Translations under genes and position numbers: made by a program
Assembly: GCA_900314985.1 (NCBI GenBank)
Contig: OMXL01000004.1
Coordinates: forward strand, 7,502 to 71,501
Source of the DNA: an uncultured Prevotellaceae bacterium
GTDB taxonomy: Bacteria; Bacteroidota; Bacteroidia; Bacteroidales; Bacteroidaceae
Direction: 5' to 3'
DNA length: 64,000 nucleotides
Shown here: positions 1-8,722 of the stretch, in pieces
Layout: every line of letters begins with the position of its first letter
Position numbering within the stretch: position 1 is the stretch's first letter
The notes under the pieces: model-generated
Told to the model about the DNA's origin: nothing
The model's database searches: none
The model's input: only the letters and a program-made list of their open reading frames with translations

Positions 1-963
1 GATGGTGGCACTGTTACCGTCAATGTCACCACAACAGCCAAAGAGTGGGGCGCCTATGCTACGGAGAACTTCATCAAGGTAGACTACGAGAATACCAACA
101 GTTCCAAGGGTACGGTGACTATTACGGTGGAAGAGAATCCTACGAGCTATGAGCGTACTGGTGCTGTAGTCATCATGTCTGGCAACAGCCGTAAGAGCAT
201 CGCTGTGTCGCAGGATGCATCGCTTGACTCTAATGCTCCCGAAGGTTATAAACTCGTCTGGCAGGATGAGTTTAATAGCGGTTCGGAGTTGAATGCCGCC
301 GACTGGACCCATGAGGTGCAGAACAGCGGTTGGGTGAACCACGAGTTGCAGAACTACGTCAACCACAAGACTCCCGAGGGGGCGCTGGTGACGGAGGTAC
401 GCAACGGTAAGCTGCGCATCACTGCCTTGAAGGAGAACGGCAAGGTCTATTCAGGTCGTGTCTATGCCAAGAGATCTGTGGGTTGGACATATGGCTATAT
501 CGAGGCCAGCATCAAGTTGCCAAAGGGTAAGGGCACATGGCCTGCCTTCTGGATGATGCCTGTCAACGGTACATCCTGGCCTGCTGATGGTGAGATAGAT
601 ATCATAGAAGAGGTGGGCTATCACCCCAACTATGTGTCGTCGAGCCTGCATGCCAATGCCCACGTTCATACCCAGGGCACTCAGGTGACCCACGAGATGC
701 TGTGTCCTGGTGCAGAGGATGATTTCCATACCTATGCCATCCTGTGGACTGCCGACAACATTACCACCTATGTGGATGGTCAGGTACAGCTCTCTTACAA
801 CAACCGTGGCTTAGGTCGCGACGATTGGCCTTATGACGATCCTTTCTACGTCATCTTCAACCTCGCATGGGGTGGCGACTGGGGTGGTTCCCAGGGTGTT
901 GACGAGTCTGCACTGCCTACCACCATGGAGGTAGATTATGTACGCGTGTTCCAGAAGAAGTGA
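1..963 (+). CDS. GH16 beta-glucanase/laminarinase with N-terminal BACON-like domain (5' end outside window)
   Basis: Frame open from base 1 (DGGTVTVNVTT...ENPTSYERTGAVVI...SIAVSQ, BACON-like). GH16 motifs WQDEF, WPAFWM and catalytic GEIDIIE. Confidence 0.9.
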   Translation, partial: DGGTVTVNVTTTAKEWGAYATENFIKVDYENTNSSKGTVTITVEENPTSYERTGAVVIMSGNSRKSIAVSQDASLDSNAPEGYKLVWQDEFNSGSELNAADWTHEVQNSGWVNHELQNYVNHKTPEGALVTEVRNGKLRITALKENGKVYSGRVYAKRSVGWTYGYIEASIKLPKGKGTWPAFWMMPVNGTSWPADGEIDIIEEVGYHPNYVSSSLHANAHVHTQGTQVTHEMLCPGAEDDFHTYAILWTADNITTYVDGQVQLSYNNRGLGRDDWPYDDPFYVIFNLAWGGDWGGSQGVDESALPTTMEVDYVRVFQKK

Positions 964-1002
964 ATAGTGATAAGTGAATAGTGAATAATTTGCTACCGCT
1001 TT

Positions 1003-3234
1003 ATGTTTAAAGTTCAAAGTATATTAATATCATTGATGATGACTGCCACTGCTCAGGCTCAGCAACTTCCCAAGTATCTCGATGAGACGGTTCCTGTGGA
1101 GCAGCGCATCGACGATGCACTCAGCAGGATGACACTCGACGAGAAGATTGCGGTGATTCATGCGCAGTCAAAGTTCTCGAGTCCTGGCGTGAAGCGTCTC
1201 GGTTTCCCCGACCTGTGGACAGACGATGGCCCTCATGGTGTGCGTCCTGACGTGCTTTGGGACGAGTGGGTACAGGCTGGACAGACCAACGACTCGTGCG
1301 TGGCATTTCCTGCGCTGACCTGTCTGGCTGCCACGTGGAACCCCACGATGGCATCCCTCTATGGCACGTCACTGGGTGAAGAGGCACTCTATCGCAACAA
1401 GAATGTGATATTGGGTCCTGGCGTCAACATCAACCGCACACCGTTAGGAGGTCGAAACTTTGAGTATATGGGTGAAGACCCTTATCTGGCCTCACAGATG
1501 GTGGTACCCTACGTAAAGGGTTTGCAGTCGAAGGGTGTGGCATCGTGTGTGAAGCACTATGCGCTGAACAATGATGAGGAATATCGCCATCAGGTGAATG
1601 TCATCATCAGCGACCGTGCGCTTCATGAAATCTATCTGCCTGCCTTCCGTGCTGCCGTTCAGCAGGGTGGGGCATGGGCCATTATGGGCGCCTACAACCT
1701 CTATAAAGACCAGCACAATTGTCATAACGATATCCTCCTGAACAAGATTCTGAAGCGCGACTGGGGCTTCGATGGTGTGGTAATCAGTGACTGGGGTGGC
1801 TGCCATAACACAGAAGAGGCTGTCACCAATGGTCTTGATCTGGAGTTTGGCACATGGACCGATGGTCTGAAGATGGGACGTACCAATGCCTACGACAGTT
1901 ACCACATGGCAGTAGCCTACAAGCAACTCATCCAGGAAGGAAAGTTCACCACCAAGGAACTCGACGAAAAGGTGCGTCGCGTGCTGCGCCTGTTCTATCG
2001 CACCACGATGAATCGCCACAAGCCCTATGGCTTCCTCTGTTCTGAGGCTCACTACGATGCAGCCAGAAAGATTGCACAGGAAGGTATCGTACTGCTGAAG
2101 AATGAGAAGAACCTGTTGCCGCTGGATAAGTCGAAGCAGCAACGTATCCTCGTGGTGGGTGAGAACGCCATCAAGATGATGACTGTAGGCGGTGGCTCGT
2201 CATCGCTGAAAGTACAACACGAGATTTTGCCTCTTGACGCAATGAATGTTCAATGTTCAATGTTGAATGTTCAATGTGATTTCGCTCGTGGCTATGTGGG
2301 CGATACCATCCAGAGCTTCGACGGTGTGACGGTAGGTCGCAGTCTTCGTGAAACCCGCTCGCAGGCTGAGCTGATTGCTGAGGCTGTAGAGAAGGCCAAG
2401 CAGGCTGATGTTGTCATCTTCTTCGGTGGTCTGAACAAGAGCGACTATCAGGATTGTGAGGGTCATGACCGCAAGCAGTATGAACTGCCTTATGGTCAGA
2501 ACGAGCTCATCGAGGCACTCGTGGCTGTGAATCCTCGTCTGGTGTATGTCAATATCAGTGGTAATGCTGTTGCTATGCCGTTTGCCAATAAGGTGCCAGC
2601 AATCCTGCAGGCATGGTTCCTCGGATCAGAAGCTGGCAATGCTATTGCTGATGTGCTGTTTGGCGATGTCAATCCCTCTGGTAAGTTGCCTTACACATGG
2701 TATCAGCGCTTGGATGACTGTGGTGCACACGCCTTGAAGGCCTTCCCTGGCACTTGGCGTGATGACTACAAGATTATCGACGAGGAATACAAGGAAGGCA
2801 TCTATGTAGGCTATCGCTGGGCAGACAAACAGAAGATTCGCCCACTGTTTGCCTTTGGTCATGGTCTTAGCTATACCTCTTTTAAATTAGATAAGGCAAC
2901 AGCTGATAAGAAAAAGATGACTGCCGACGAGAAGATTTCCTTCACTGTCAACGTCACCAATACGGGTCGTTGTGCTGGTGCAGAGACCATACAGCTCTAT
3001 GTCAGCGACAAGAAGGCTTCTGTAGACCGCCCTGTTAAGGAACTCAAAGCCTTCCAGAAAGTATATCTGCAGCCTGGCGAGAGTCGTGATGTGACACTCA
3101 CCATCGGTCGTGATGCCCTGAGCTTCTACGACGAGGCGAAAGGTCAGTGGACTGCTGAGCCAGGACAGTTTGAGGCACTCATCGGTACTGCTTCTGATTG
3201 TATCATGGGAAAATGTTCATTCGAATTGAAATAG
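1003..3234 (+). CDS. GH3 beta-glucosidase with C-terminal Fn3-like domain
   Basis: DGPHG, GRNFEYMGEDP, KHY, ISDWG nucleophile motif, PFAFGHGLSYT-like, KELKAFQKV; signal peptide. Confidence 0.95.
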   Translation: MFKVQSILISLMMTATAQAQQLPKYLDETVPVEQRIDDALSRMTLDEKIAVIHAQSKFSSPGVKRLGFPDLWTDDGPHGVRPDVLWDEWVQAGQTNDSCVAFPALTCLAATWNPTMASLYGTSLGEEALYRNKNVILGPGVNINRTPLGGRNFEYMGEDPYLASQMVVPYVKGLQSKGVASCVKHYALNNDEEYRHQVNVIISDRALHEIYLPAFRAAVQQGGAWAIMGAYNLYKDQHNCHNDILLNKILKRDWGFDGVVISDWGGCHNTEEAVTNGLDLEFGTWTDGLKMGRTNAYDSYHMAVAYKQLIQEGKFTTKELDEKVRRVLRLFYRTTMNRHKPYGFLCSEAHYDAARKIAQEGIVLLKNEKNLLPLDKSKQQRILVVGENAIKMMTVGGGSSSLKVQHEILPLDAMNVQCSMLNVQCDFARGYVGDTIQSFDGVTVGRSLRETRSQAELIAEAVEKAKQADVVIFFGGLNKSDYQDCEGHDRKQYELPYGQNELIEALVAVNPRLVYVNISGNAVAMPFANKVPAILQAWFLGSEAGNAIADVLFGDVNPSGKLPYTWYQRLDDCGAHALKAFPGTWRDDYKIIDEEYKEGIYVGYRWADKQKIRPLFAFGHGLSYTSFKLDKATADKKKMTADEKISFTVNVTNTGRCAGAETIQLYVSDKKASVDRPVKELKAFQKVYLQPGESRDVTLTIGRDALSFYDEAKGQWTAEPGQFEALIGTASDCIMGKCSFELK

Positions 3235-3328
3235 CAGTTAATAATAGGTTAGGTATAAAGAAAGACTGTTTATTAAGGATTCAATGAAAATTTGTCTGGG
3301 AAATGGCGACATTTTCCAGACTTTTTTG

Positions 3329-3336
3329 TATCTTTG
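3329..3336 (+). promoter_or_regulatory. -7 promoter element of the SusR-like regulator
   Basis: TATCTTTG 22 bp before ATG 3358. Confidence 0.7.
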
Positions 3337-3357
3337 TGCCCAAGAAACCAACATGAA

Positions 3358-5037
3358 ATGAAGAAACTACTATTACTATTCATTTTCCACACTTCCCTCT
3401 TCACGCTGCAGGCCTTTAGCCAGCGCAATCTGACGGAATATTGTCAGCAGATAGATGAGGCTATTGCTCATTCGCAGGACTACATCGCTGCCCGTGAACA
3501 GAAAATCGGACAGGCTCGTCATGCTTTGACACTGGAGACGACACCAAGGGGAAAATATCAGCAGAACTACCAACTCTACGAGCTCTACAAGCCTTTTGTC
3601 AGCGACTCGGCGATGTACTTCTTGCGTCAGTGTGTCTCGCTGGCTGATGGCATGGACGACCCGTCTTCTGCCGTCAGGTGTCGTTCACTGTTGGCCATCC
3701 GCTGCTCAAATATCGGTATGTATGACGAGGCCCTTAACATCCTCGACTCTATCAATTCTCAATTCTTAATTCTCAATTCTCAATTAGACACGCTGTCTCT
3801 CGGTACCTATTACGAGGCATATAACAATGTCTATAGCGAGTTAGCTTATTACACGCGTCTCGACAATATGCACCAGTATTACAATGCGCAGTCGTTACAC
3901 TACCAACAGTTGATGCTGGCTACGTTGCCAGCCACCAGTGAGTCGTGCTTCCTGCGTCGCGAACAACGTGCACAGGCTGAGGGCAAGCTGGATGAGGCCA
4001 TGAAGATTAACGATGAGTGGATGAAGACCGTTGAGCCAGGCTCTCACCCTTATGCCCTTGTGGCGCTCTATCGCTATATTGAGTATAAGTTGCGTGGCGA
4101 TAGTGCTCAGATGATGCATTGGCTGGTAGAGTCTGTGTTGGCTGATATCCGTAATGCCTCTATGGATCAGGGGTCAATGTGGGAATTGGCTAACGAACTG
4201 ATGTTGAATGGTGATATCGACAAGGCATCAAGCTATATCAGTTTCACCAGCGACTGTGCCAACCGCTACGGCTCTCGTCAGCGTAACTGGCAGATAGCAC
4301 CCTTGTTGGCCACTATTGCTAAGAATTACAAGGCACAGAGTGAGCGTAATACCGCCCAGCTATGGATAGCCCTCGTAGTCATCAGCATCCTGCTGTTGTT
4401 GCTGTTGGGGGTACTCCTGTTCCTACATCGTCGCAACAAGCAGTTGGCTACCGCCCGTAATGCCTTGAAAGAGTCTAATGACGAACTGGCTACAGCCAAC
4501 AAACAACTGGCATCGCAGACCCAAGAACTATCTACGCTGAATGCTCAACTCTCAACGCTCAATTCCCAACTGTCAGAGAGCAACCGCGTGAAAGAGGAAT
4601 ATATTGGTCGATTCATGAGTCTCTGTTCACAGTATATCGATAAGCTCGACAACTATCGAAAGATGGTGAACAAAAAGATGAAGAACAAGGAACTGGAAGA
4701 ACTCTTCCTGATGTCTAAATCTACAGAGCTCAAAGAGAAGGAACTGGAAGAACTCTTCCTGAACTTCGACAGCGTATTCCTGCACCTCTTCCCCAACTTT
4801 GTCAATGACTTCAATGCCTTGTTGCAGCCAGAAGTGCGCGTGCAGCCGAAGGAGGATAACCGCCTTACTACTGAAATCCGCATCTTTGCCCTGATTCGTC
4901 TGGGTATTGAGGACTCTTCAAAGATTGCTGAGTTCCTGCACTACAGCGTCAACACCATCTATAACTATCGTGCTCGCATCAAGAATGGTGCCATAGGTAA
5001 CCGCGAGCAGTTTGAACGTCAGATCAAAACCTTATAA
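3358..5037 (+). CDS. SusR-like / DUF6377 membrane-anchored transcriptional regulator
   Basis: Signal peptide, TPR-like periplasmic part, one TM helix (LWIALVVISILLLLLLGVLLFL), coiled coil and C-terminal HTH (RIFALIRLGIEDSSKIAEFLHYSVNTIYNYR). Start moved to ATG 3358, downstream of the promoter. Confidence 0.85.
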   Translation: MKKLLLLFIFHTSLFTLQAFSQRNLTEYCQQIDEAIAHSQDYIAAREQKIGQARHALTLETTPRGKYQQNYQLYELYKPFVSDSAMYFLRQCVSLADGMDDPSSAVRCRSLLAIRCSNIGMYDEALNILDSINSQFLILNSQLDTLSLGTYYEAYNNVYSELAYYTRLDNMHQYYNAQSLHYQQLMLATLPATSESCFLRREQRAQAEGKLDEAMKINDEWMKTVEPGSHPYALVALYRYIEYKLRGDSAQMMHWLVESVLADIRNASMDQGSMWELANELMLNGDIDKASSYISFTSDCANRYGSRQRNWQIAPLLATIAKNYKAQSERNTAQLWIALVVISILLLLLLGVLLFLHRRNKQLATARNALKESNDELATANKQLASQTQELSTLNAQLSTLNSQLSESNRVKEEYIGRFMSLCSQYIDKLDNYRKMVNKKMKNKELEELFLMSKSTELKEKELEELFLNFDSVFLHLFPNFVNDFNALLQPEVRVQPKEDNRLTTEIRIFALIRLGIEDSSKIAEFLHYSVNTIYNYRARIKNGAIGNREQFERQIKTL

Positions 5038-5044
5038 TAAAACA

Positions 5045-6229
5045 ATGAAACGAATCCTATTCCTCGCTGCCTGTAGCTTCCTGGCAATGGGCAGTATTGC
5101 ACAGCAACAACTGGGGCAGCGTCCCCGTGTGAAGTCACCCGTGGTAAATGCCGACGGCTCTGTGACGTTTAACTTCTACGATCCCTCTGCACAGACGGTT
5201 AGTGTCTTTGGCGACTTTAATGAAATCAGTGGCCAGCAGTTGGATCTGACTAAGCAGGACAATGGTGTGTGGACTGCTACAACAGCTCCTCTGTCACCAG
5301 AACTCTACTCGTATAGCCTGACGGTCGACGGACAGCGTTTCATTGACCCTGCTAATAGCTATGTGAATCGTGATATCTCTACACTCAGCAATATCTTTAT
5401 CGTGTCGAAGTCTGACAATGATAAAGGACATCTCTATGCTGTGAATAACGTACCCCACGGCACCCTGTCGCGAGTATGGTATGACAGTCCTACGCTTGGA
5501 CAGCAACGTCGCATGACTATTTATCTGCCACCTACATACGATGGCAAGAAGCGCTTCCCCGTCATGTATCTGTTGCATGGTCATGGTGGCGACGAGACAG
5601 CATGGGGTGATTTGGGACGTACGTCACAGATTATGGACAACCTCATCGCTGAGGGTCGTTGCGTACCGATGATTGTCGTGATGCCTAACGGTAATCCTAC
5701 ATGTAATGCTGCTCCTGGTTGGTGGCATGAGGGTATGTACACTCCTGATGGCAATGCTTTCAATGAACGTGGTGCCAAGTCGACAATGGAAGAAAGCTTT
5801 ATGGACATTGTTAACTATGTCGACAGCCACTATCAGACTATTAAGAAGCGCTCAGCCCGTGCCGTTACAGGACTGTCTATGGGCGGTGGTCATACTTTTG
5901 GTATCTCACGCCTCTATCCTGAGGCGTTCGACTACTATGGTCTACAGTCGGCAGCCTGTCGGATGCCGCGCGAGATAGTTCCTCAAGTCCAGAACTCAAA
6001 GCTAAACGTGGATTTCGATGGACAGATGGCACGCCTCTTCGCCTCTAAGCCTAAACTCTTCTGGATCGCTATTGGCAAGGACGACTTCCTCATGCAGATG
6101 AATACGGAATTGCGTAGCTATCTTGATGCCCACCACTATCCCTATGAGTATTATGAGAACGATGGTGGGCATATCTGGCGCAACTGGCGTATCTACCTCA
6201 CCATGTTTGCTCAGAAAATCTTTAAGTAA
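5045..6229 (+). CDS. Carbohydrate esterase (CE1-like) with N-terminal CBM48/E-set domain
   Basis: GLSMGG nucleophile elbow, YLLHGHGGDE, GGHIWRNWRIYL; N-terminal Ig-like GDFN...W...DPAN; signal peptide. Confidence 0.88.
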   Translation: MKRILFLAACSFLAMGSIAQQQLGQRPRVKSPVVNADGSVTFNFYDPSAQTVSVFGDFNEISGQQLDLTKQDNGVWTATTAPLSPELYSYSLTVDGQRFIDPANSYVNRDISTLSNIFIVSKSDNDKGHLYAVNNVPHGTLSRVWYDSPTLGQQRRMTIYLPPTYDGKKRFPVMYLLHGHGGDETAWGDLGRTSQIMDNLIAEGRCVPMIVVMPNGNPTCNAAPGWWHEGMYTPDGNAFNERGAKSTMEESFMDIVNYVDSHYQTIKKRSARAVTGLSMGGGHTFGISRLYPEAFDYYGLQSAACRMPREIVPQVQNSKLNVDFDGQMARLFASKPKLFWIAIGKDDFLMQMNTELRSYLDAHHYPYEYYENDGGHIWRNWRIYLTMFAQKIFK

Positions 6230-6239
6230 GCAGAACTTC

Positions 6240-8543
6240 TTATTGTACTCTCAGCGCCTGTGACAGGGTGTCATCACTATTGGTACCAATCATGATGTCG
6301 AAGATGCCTGGTTCGAGGACAGGCTCACCTTGTGCATTTAGGTACTGCAACTGTTCGCGGTCTATGCAGAAGGTGACGCGGCGCTGCTCGCCAGCCTTCA
6401 GGTGAATGCGCTGGAAGCCACGGAGCTCCTTCACCGGACGGGCGATAGATGATGCTTGCTGGTGGATGTAGAGCTGTACGACCTCGTCGCCGTCACGCTG
6501 ACCAGTATTGCTGACCATAATGCTGGCTTCTACAGAACCGTCGGCAGTCATTGTGGTGCTGCTTAGCGTCAGGTCAGAATAGCGGAAGGTGGTATAGGTC
6601 AGTCCGTAGCCGAAGGGGTAGAGTGGGTCGTTGCGCACCTCCAGGTAGTTACTGGCATATTTGCGGTATTTGTCGGCACCCTTCTCCACGGGGCGACCTG
6701 TATTCAGGTGGTTATAATAAATAGGTACCTGTCCGAGAGCTTGTGGCATGGTGACGGTAAGGCGTCCGCTGGGAGCTGTGTCGCCCAAGAGTACGTCGGC
6801 AATGGCGTCGCCAGCCTCAGAACCTGCAAACCATACGTTCATGATGGCATCGACATGTGCTTGTTCCCAGGTGAGCACGGTGGGACGACCTGAGAAGTTC
6901 AGCAGCACGATGGGCTTGCCAATCTTGACCAGCTCTTCCAACAGCTCGCGCTGAGCATCGGGCATCTCCAAGGTCGCACGACTCGACGACTCGCCAGAGA
7001 AATCGGCACACTCACCCATGGCACAGACGATGACGTCGGCCTTCTTGGCAATAGCCAGTGCCTCAGCCTTCGCCTTGGCAGCATCCACACGTGGAATATT
7101 CTTGCCAAACTCAGCAGCCTGCTGCAGGTCGGCATCGTGTGTCAGATTGCAGCCCTGTGCATAAAGCAGTTTGCCCTTGGGCAGGCGATGCTCCAGTGCC
7201 TCCTTGATGGTAGCATAGCGTTCTGGGGTATAGGCTACGCACCAGGTGCCTGCAATGTTTGCACGGTCATTAGCCAACGGACCGATGAGGGCGATGGTAT
7301 TATTGGCGTTGAGTGGCAATAGTGGCTTGCTCCCCTTTCCTTTTGGAGAGGGGGTGAGGCTATTCTTCAGCAACACAAAGGTCTCAGTGGCCAGCTGGCG
7401 CGAGGCGGCACGGTTCTCTGCGGTGTAGATATCCTTGGCACGACGGTTGGCATCGAGGTAGCGGTAGGGGTTGTCGAAGAGTCCCAGCTTCCACTTAGCC
7501 TCCAGCACACGGCGACAGGCCTGGTTGATGTCGGCCATGGTGACGGTGCCATCTGCCAGCGAGGCAGCCAGTGTACCCACAAAACCATTGGCACACATAT
7601 CCATATCGGTGCCCGCCTTCAGTGCTTTGGCAGAGTTGCTCTTCAAGTCGCCAAAGCCCCATATAGACATCTCGTTGATAGAGCCGTAGTCGGTGACTAC
7701 AAAGCCATCGAATTTCCACTGGTCGCGCAGCACGTCAGTGAGCAGCCAGTGATTGGCAGTGGCATGCTGTCCGTCGACAATGTTGAACGACGACATAAAC
7801 GAGCCGGCACCAGCTTCGGCAGCAGCCTTATAAGGGGGCAGATACTGGTTGTACATGCGCAGACGACTCATATCTACCGTGTTATAGTCACGACCAGCCT
7901 CTGAGGCACCATACAGCGCATAGTGCTTGACGCAAGCCATGACGTTTTCCACTTTCCACTTTCCACTTTCCACTTTGTTTCCCTGATAGCCGCGAACGTA
8001 GGCACGGGCAATCTCGCTACCTAAGTATGGGTCTTCACCACCACCCTCGGCAATACGTCCCCAACGGGCATCAACACAGATGTCGACCATGGGCGAGTAA
8101 ACCCAGTTGATGCCGTCGGCCGTGGCTTCACGGGCAGAGATGCGCGCCATGTTCTCAATGGCAGGGATATCCCATGAGCACGACAGTGCCAAGGGGATCG
8201 GGAAGATGGTCTCGTAGCCGTGGATGACGTCCATACCTACGATGAGGGGGATACCCAGACGCGACTTCTTGACGGCAATATCCTGCAGGGCACGAATCTT
8301 GTCGACGCCCTTCAGATTGAAGATGCCGCCCAGCTGTCCGTTGGCAATGCGCTGGCCCACCTGCGTGTCAACTGCTCCTCCTGTGACTATCTCGTCGCTG
8401 GCAGGTACCAGATTGAGTTGACCTAACTTCTCTTCCAGCGTCATCTTGCTCATTAACTGGTCAACGAACTGACGCATCTCTGTGGTTTGTGCCTGTAGCA
8501 TTTGGCAGATGAATAGGCAACAAGTCAACAATATATTCTTCAT
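6240..8543 (-). CDS. bglX: Periplasmic GH3 beta-glucosidase BglX
   Basis: SRLGIPL..GMDVIHG, DARWGR..EG.GEDPYL, CVKHYA, VVTDY, GESSSR, PLYPFGYGLTYT. Start at MKNILL. Confidence 0.93.
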   Translation of the reverse strand: MKNILLTCCLFICQMLQAQTTEMRQFVDQLMSKMTLEEKLGQLNLVPASDEIVTGGAVDTQVGQRIANGQLGGIFNLKGVDKIRALQDIAVKKSRLGIPLIVGMDVIHGYETIFPIPLALSCSWDIPAIENMARISAREATADGINWVYSPMVDICVDARWGRIAEGGGEDPYLGSEIARAYVRGYQGNKVESGKWKVENVMACVKHYALYGASEAGRDYNTVDMSRLRMYNQYLPPYKAAAEAGAGSFMSSFNIVDGQHATANHWLLTDVLRDQWKFDGFVVTDYGSINEMSIWGFGDLKSNSAKALKAGTDMDMCANGFVGTLAASLADGTVTMADINQACRRVLEAKWKLGLFDNPYRYLDANRRAKDIYTAENRAASRQLATETFVLLKNSLTPSPKGKGSKPLLPLNANNTIALIGPLANDRANIAGTWCVAYTPERYATIKEALEHRLPKGKLLYAQGCNLTHDADLQQAAEFGKNIPRVDAAKAKAEALAIAKKADVIVCAMGECADFSGESSSRATLEMPDAQRELLEELVKIGKPIVLLNFSGRPTVLTWEQAHVDAIMNVWFAGSEAGDAIADVLLGDTAPSGRLTVTMPQALGQVPIYYNHLNTGRPVEKGADKYRKYASNYLEVRNDPLYPFGYGLTYTTFRYSDLTLSSTTMTADGSVEASIMVSNTGQRDGDEVVQLYIHQQASSIARPVKELRGFQRIHLKAGEQRRVTFCIDREQLQYLNAQGEPVLEPGIFDIMIGTNSDDTLSQALRVQ

Positions 8544-8579
8544 GTATTTTGTTTTGTGTGTATTGAGTAATATTTTTGG

Positions 8580-8667
8580 CAAAAGTAACAAATAATTTTG
8601 AAATAGCCACATGATTAAAGAAAAAAGAATAGAAGAACTGTCGTTTTACAACTTTTTTGTACCTTTG
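8580..8667. promoter_or_regulatory. Divergent -7 elements for bglX and the GH43-esterase gene
   Basis: TACTTTTG (minus, 8580-8587) and TACCTTTG (plus, 8660-8667). Confidence 0.7.
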
Positions 8668-8722
8668 CAGATAGTATTTTAATACGACAAATTTTATAAC
8701 TAACAAAAAACAATAATTCAAG

